A stretch of 62,105 nt of DNA, filler included. It is 5 parts of 5 records of this genome, joined end to end, with 100 filler letters (N's around TTAATTAATTAA, not from the genome) between each part and the next. Parts side by side here need not be neighbours in the genome. Positions count along the whole stretch, not along the records: positions 56,411 to 62,105 come from SRR20825010_4869; 4 more parts are not named here. One strand, written 5' to 3'. The translations under genes were made by a program, and so were the position numbers. Positions 60,939 through 62,105 of the stretch are shown in pieces. The notes below the pieces were generated by a model that ran no database searches, had not been told where the DNA came from, and was given only the letters and a program-made list of their open reading frames with translations. Within the stretch, counting starts at the first letter, position 1. Every line of letters starts with the position of its first letter.

Positions 60939-61892
60939 ATGAGCGAGCAATTACGAATTGTATTTATGGGAACCCCAGATTTTGCGGTGGCTACTTTAAA
61001 AAACATTGTAGCGTCTAATTATAAGGTTGTTGGAGTTATTACAGCTCCCGATAAACCTGCGGGAAGAGGTAGGAAATTACAGCAATCGGCAGTAAAGAAA
61101 TATGCAGAAGAGAATAATTTAAACGTATTACAGCCAACCAACCTTAAAGACCCCAATTTTTTAGAGGAATTAAAAGCTTTAGACGCCAATCTACAAGTTG
61201 TTGTTGCCTTTAGAATGCTCCCAGAAGTGGTTTGGAGTATGCCTACACATGGCACATTTAACCTTCATGCATCCCTCCTACCAGATTATAGAGGAGCTGC
61301 ACCTATAAATTGGGCACTTATTAATGGAGAAACTAAAACAGGAGTTACCACTTTTTTTATTGACGAAAAAATAGACACAGGTGCTGTTATTCTTCAAAAA
61401 GAAATTCCAATTGAAGCAGACGAAAATGCAGGTGCACTCCACGATAAATTAATGAATCTTGGAGCAGACTTGGTAACAGAAACTTTAAAAAATATTGCAG
61501 AGGGCACTGTTACCACAAAATTACAGTTACAAACAACCGATTTAAAAACGGCATATAAATTAAATAAGGACAATACTAAAATAGACTGGAATTTAAATAC
61601 TGAAACAATTTATAACCTTATTAGAGGGTTAAGTCCATATCCAACTGCATGGAGTTTTCTAAAAAATAGAGAAGAAAATCCTATAAATGTCAAATTTTAT
61701 GATGTAGAAAAAGAAATTAAGCTACATAATGAAGATCCTGGAGCTATTTTAGCCGATAAAAAAGAAGTAAAAGTAGCCACAAAAGATGGATTTATTAATC
61801 TGAAAGAGATACAGTTACCCGGTAAAAGAAAAATGAATATAAAAGACATCCTTAACGGATACGAATTTGACAAAAAAGCCAAAATGCTGTAA
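60939..61892 (+). CDS. fmt: Methionyl-tRNA formyltransferase
   Basis: RIVFMGTPDFA, PDKPAGRG, NLHASLLP.YRGAAPI and IDTG motifs. TATCTTTG promoter element at 60906-60913. Confidence 0.96.
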   Translation: MSEQLRIVFMGTPDFAVATLKNIVASNYKVVGVITAPDKPAGRGRKLQQSAVKKYAEENNLNVLQPTNLKDPNFLEELKALDANLQVVVAFRMLPEVVWSMPTHGTFNLHASLLPDYRGAAPINWALINGETKTGVTTFFIDEKIDTGAVILQKEIPIEADENAGALHDKLMNLGADLVTETLKNIAEGTVTTKLQLQTTDLKTAYKLNKDNTKIDWNLNTETIYNLIRGLSPYPTAWSFLKNREENPINVKFYDVEKEIKLHNEDPGAILADKKEVKVATKDGFINLKEIQLPGKRKMNIKDILNGYEFDKKAKML

Positions 61893-61992
61893 CACCGCAC
61901 TCTGATTGGCATTAGCGATTTGTAGTAAAAAAACACCTACTTTATTAACAATACACCAAAGTTATTAACAAAAACCCCGATTTCCTTTGATA

Positions 61993-62026
61993 TTACTTGC
62001 GTGGCAAGTAAATCCGTATAATTTTG
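61993..62026 (+). promoter_or_regulatory. Bacteroidota housekeeping promoter for HU with an overlapping palindrome
   Basis: TTG (61997-61999), a 19-nt spacer, then TAATTTTG (62019-62026). Perfect inverted repeat TTACTTGC-gtg-GCAAGTAA at 61993-62011. Confidence 0.75.
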
Positions 62027-62080
62027 TGTAGCAAATTAAATAAATGTTTAACCTTAATATTCATTTAAATCTTTAAAATT

Positions 62081-62105
62081 ATGAACAAAACAGAATTAAT
62101 CGATG
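62081..62105 (+). CDS. HU-family DNA-binding protein, start only
   Basis: MNKTELID is the typical HU N-terminus. Only 8 codons are visible. Confidence 0.7.

Overview
This window is not one locus. It is five unrelated contigs joined by 100-bp artificial linkers (N44-TTAATTAATTAA-N44 at 6282-6381, 37955-38054, 46688-46787 and 56311-56410), so gene neighbourhoods are only meaningful within a segment. Segment 1 (1-6281, AT-rich, Bacteroidota-like) holds partial ppk1, gyrB, a CoA-binding protein, an N-/O-acyltransferase pair of amino-lipid type, a SAM methyltransferase and a partial class III aminotransferase. Segment 2 (6382-37954, higher GC, alphaproteobacterial-like) holds a P450, a complete heme-uptake operon (hemP-hmuR-tonB-hmuSTUV with a Fur-like box and leader repeats), a GPH transporter, an aryl polyene cluster of about 16.5 kb, MFS and AI-2E transporters and partial ettA. 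The aryl polyene cluster includes an ammonia-lyase and a halogenase-like flavoprotein but no methyltransferase. Segment 3 (38055-46687, Flavobacteriaceae-like) holds an RND/outer-membrane efflux pair, a nonsense-interrupted AraC regulator, an SDR and the start of an integrative element (tyrosine integrase ... ssb). Segment 4 (46788-56310) holds a TonB-dependent receptor, DUF2141, oxyR, dacB, nudK, an M81 peptidase, DUF2461, a four-helix-bundle gene and a TIGR00266 protein. Segment 5 (56411-62105) holds murA, DUF4290, DUF493, an AAA protein, recQ, fmt and the start of HU. There are three leading candidates for something new: (i) a ~190-nt rod-like hairpin upstream of ssb whose geometry would create a Bacteroidota promoter only in single-stranded DNA (an Frpo-like ssDNA promoter); (ii) the four-helix-bundle gene enclosed by inverted heptamer-repeat arms that reach its start codon; (iii) the unusual aryl polyene cluster. 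Taxonomic and family assignments come from motif recognition, not database searches.
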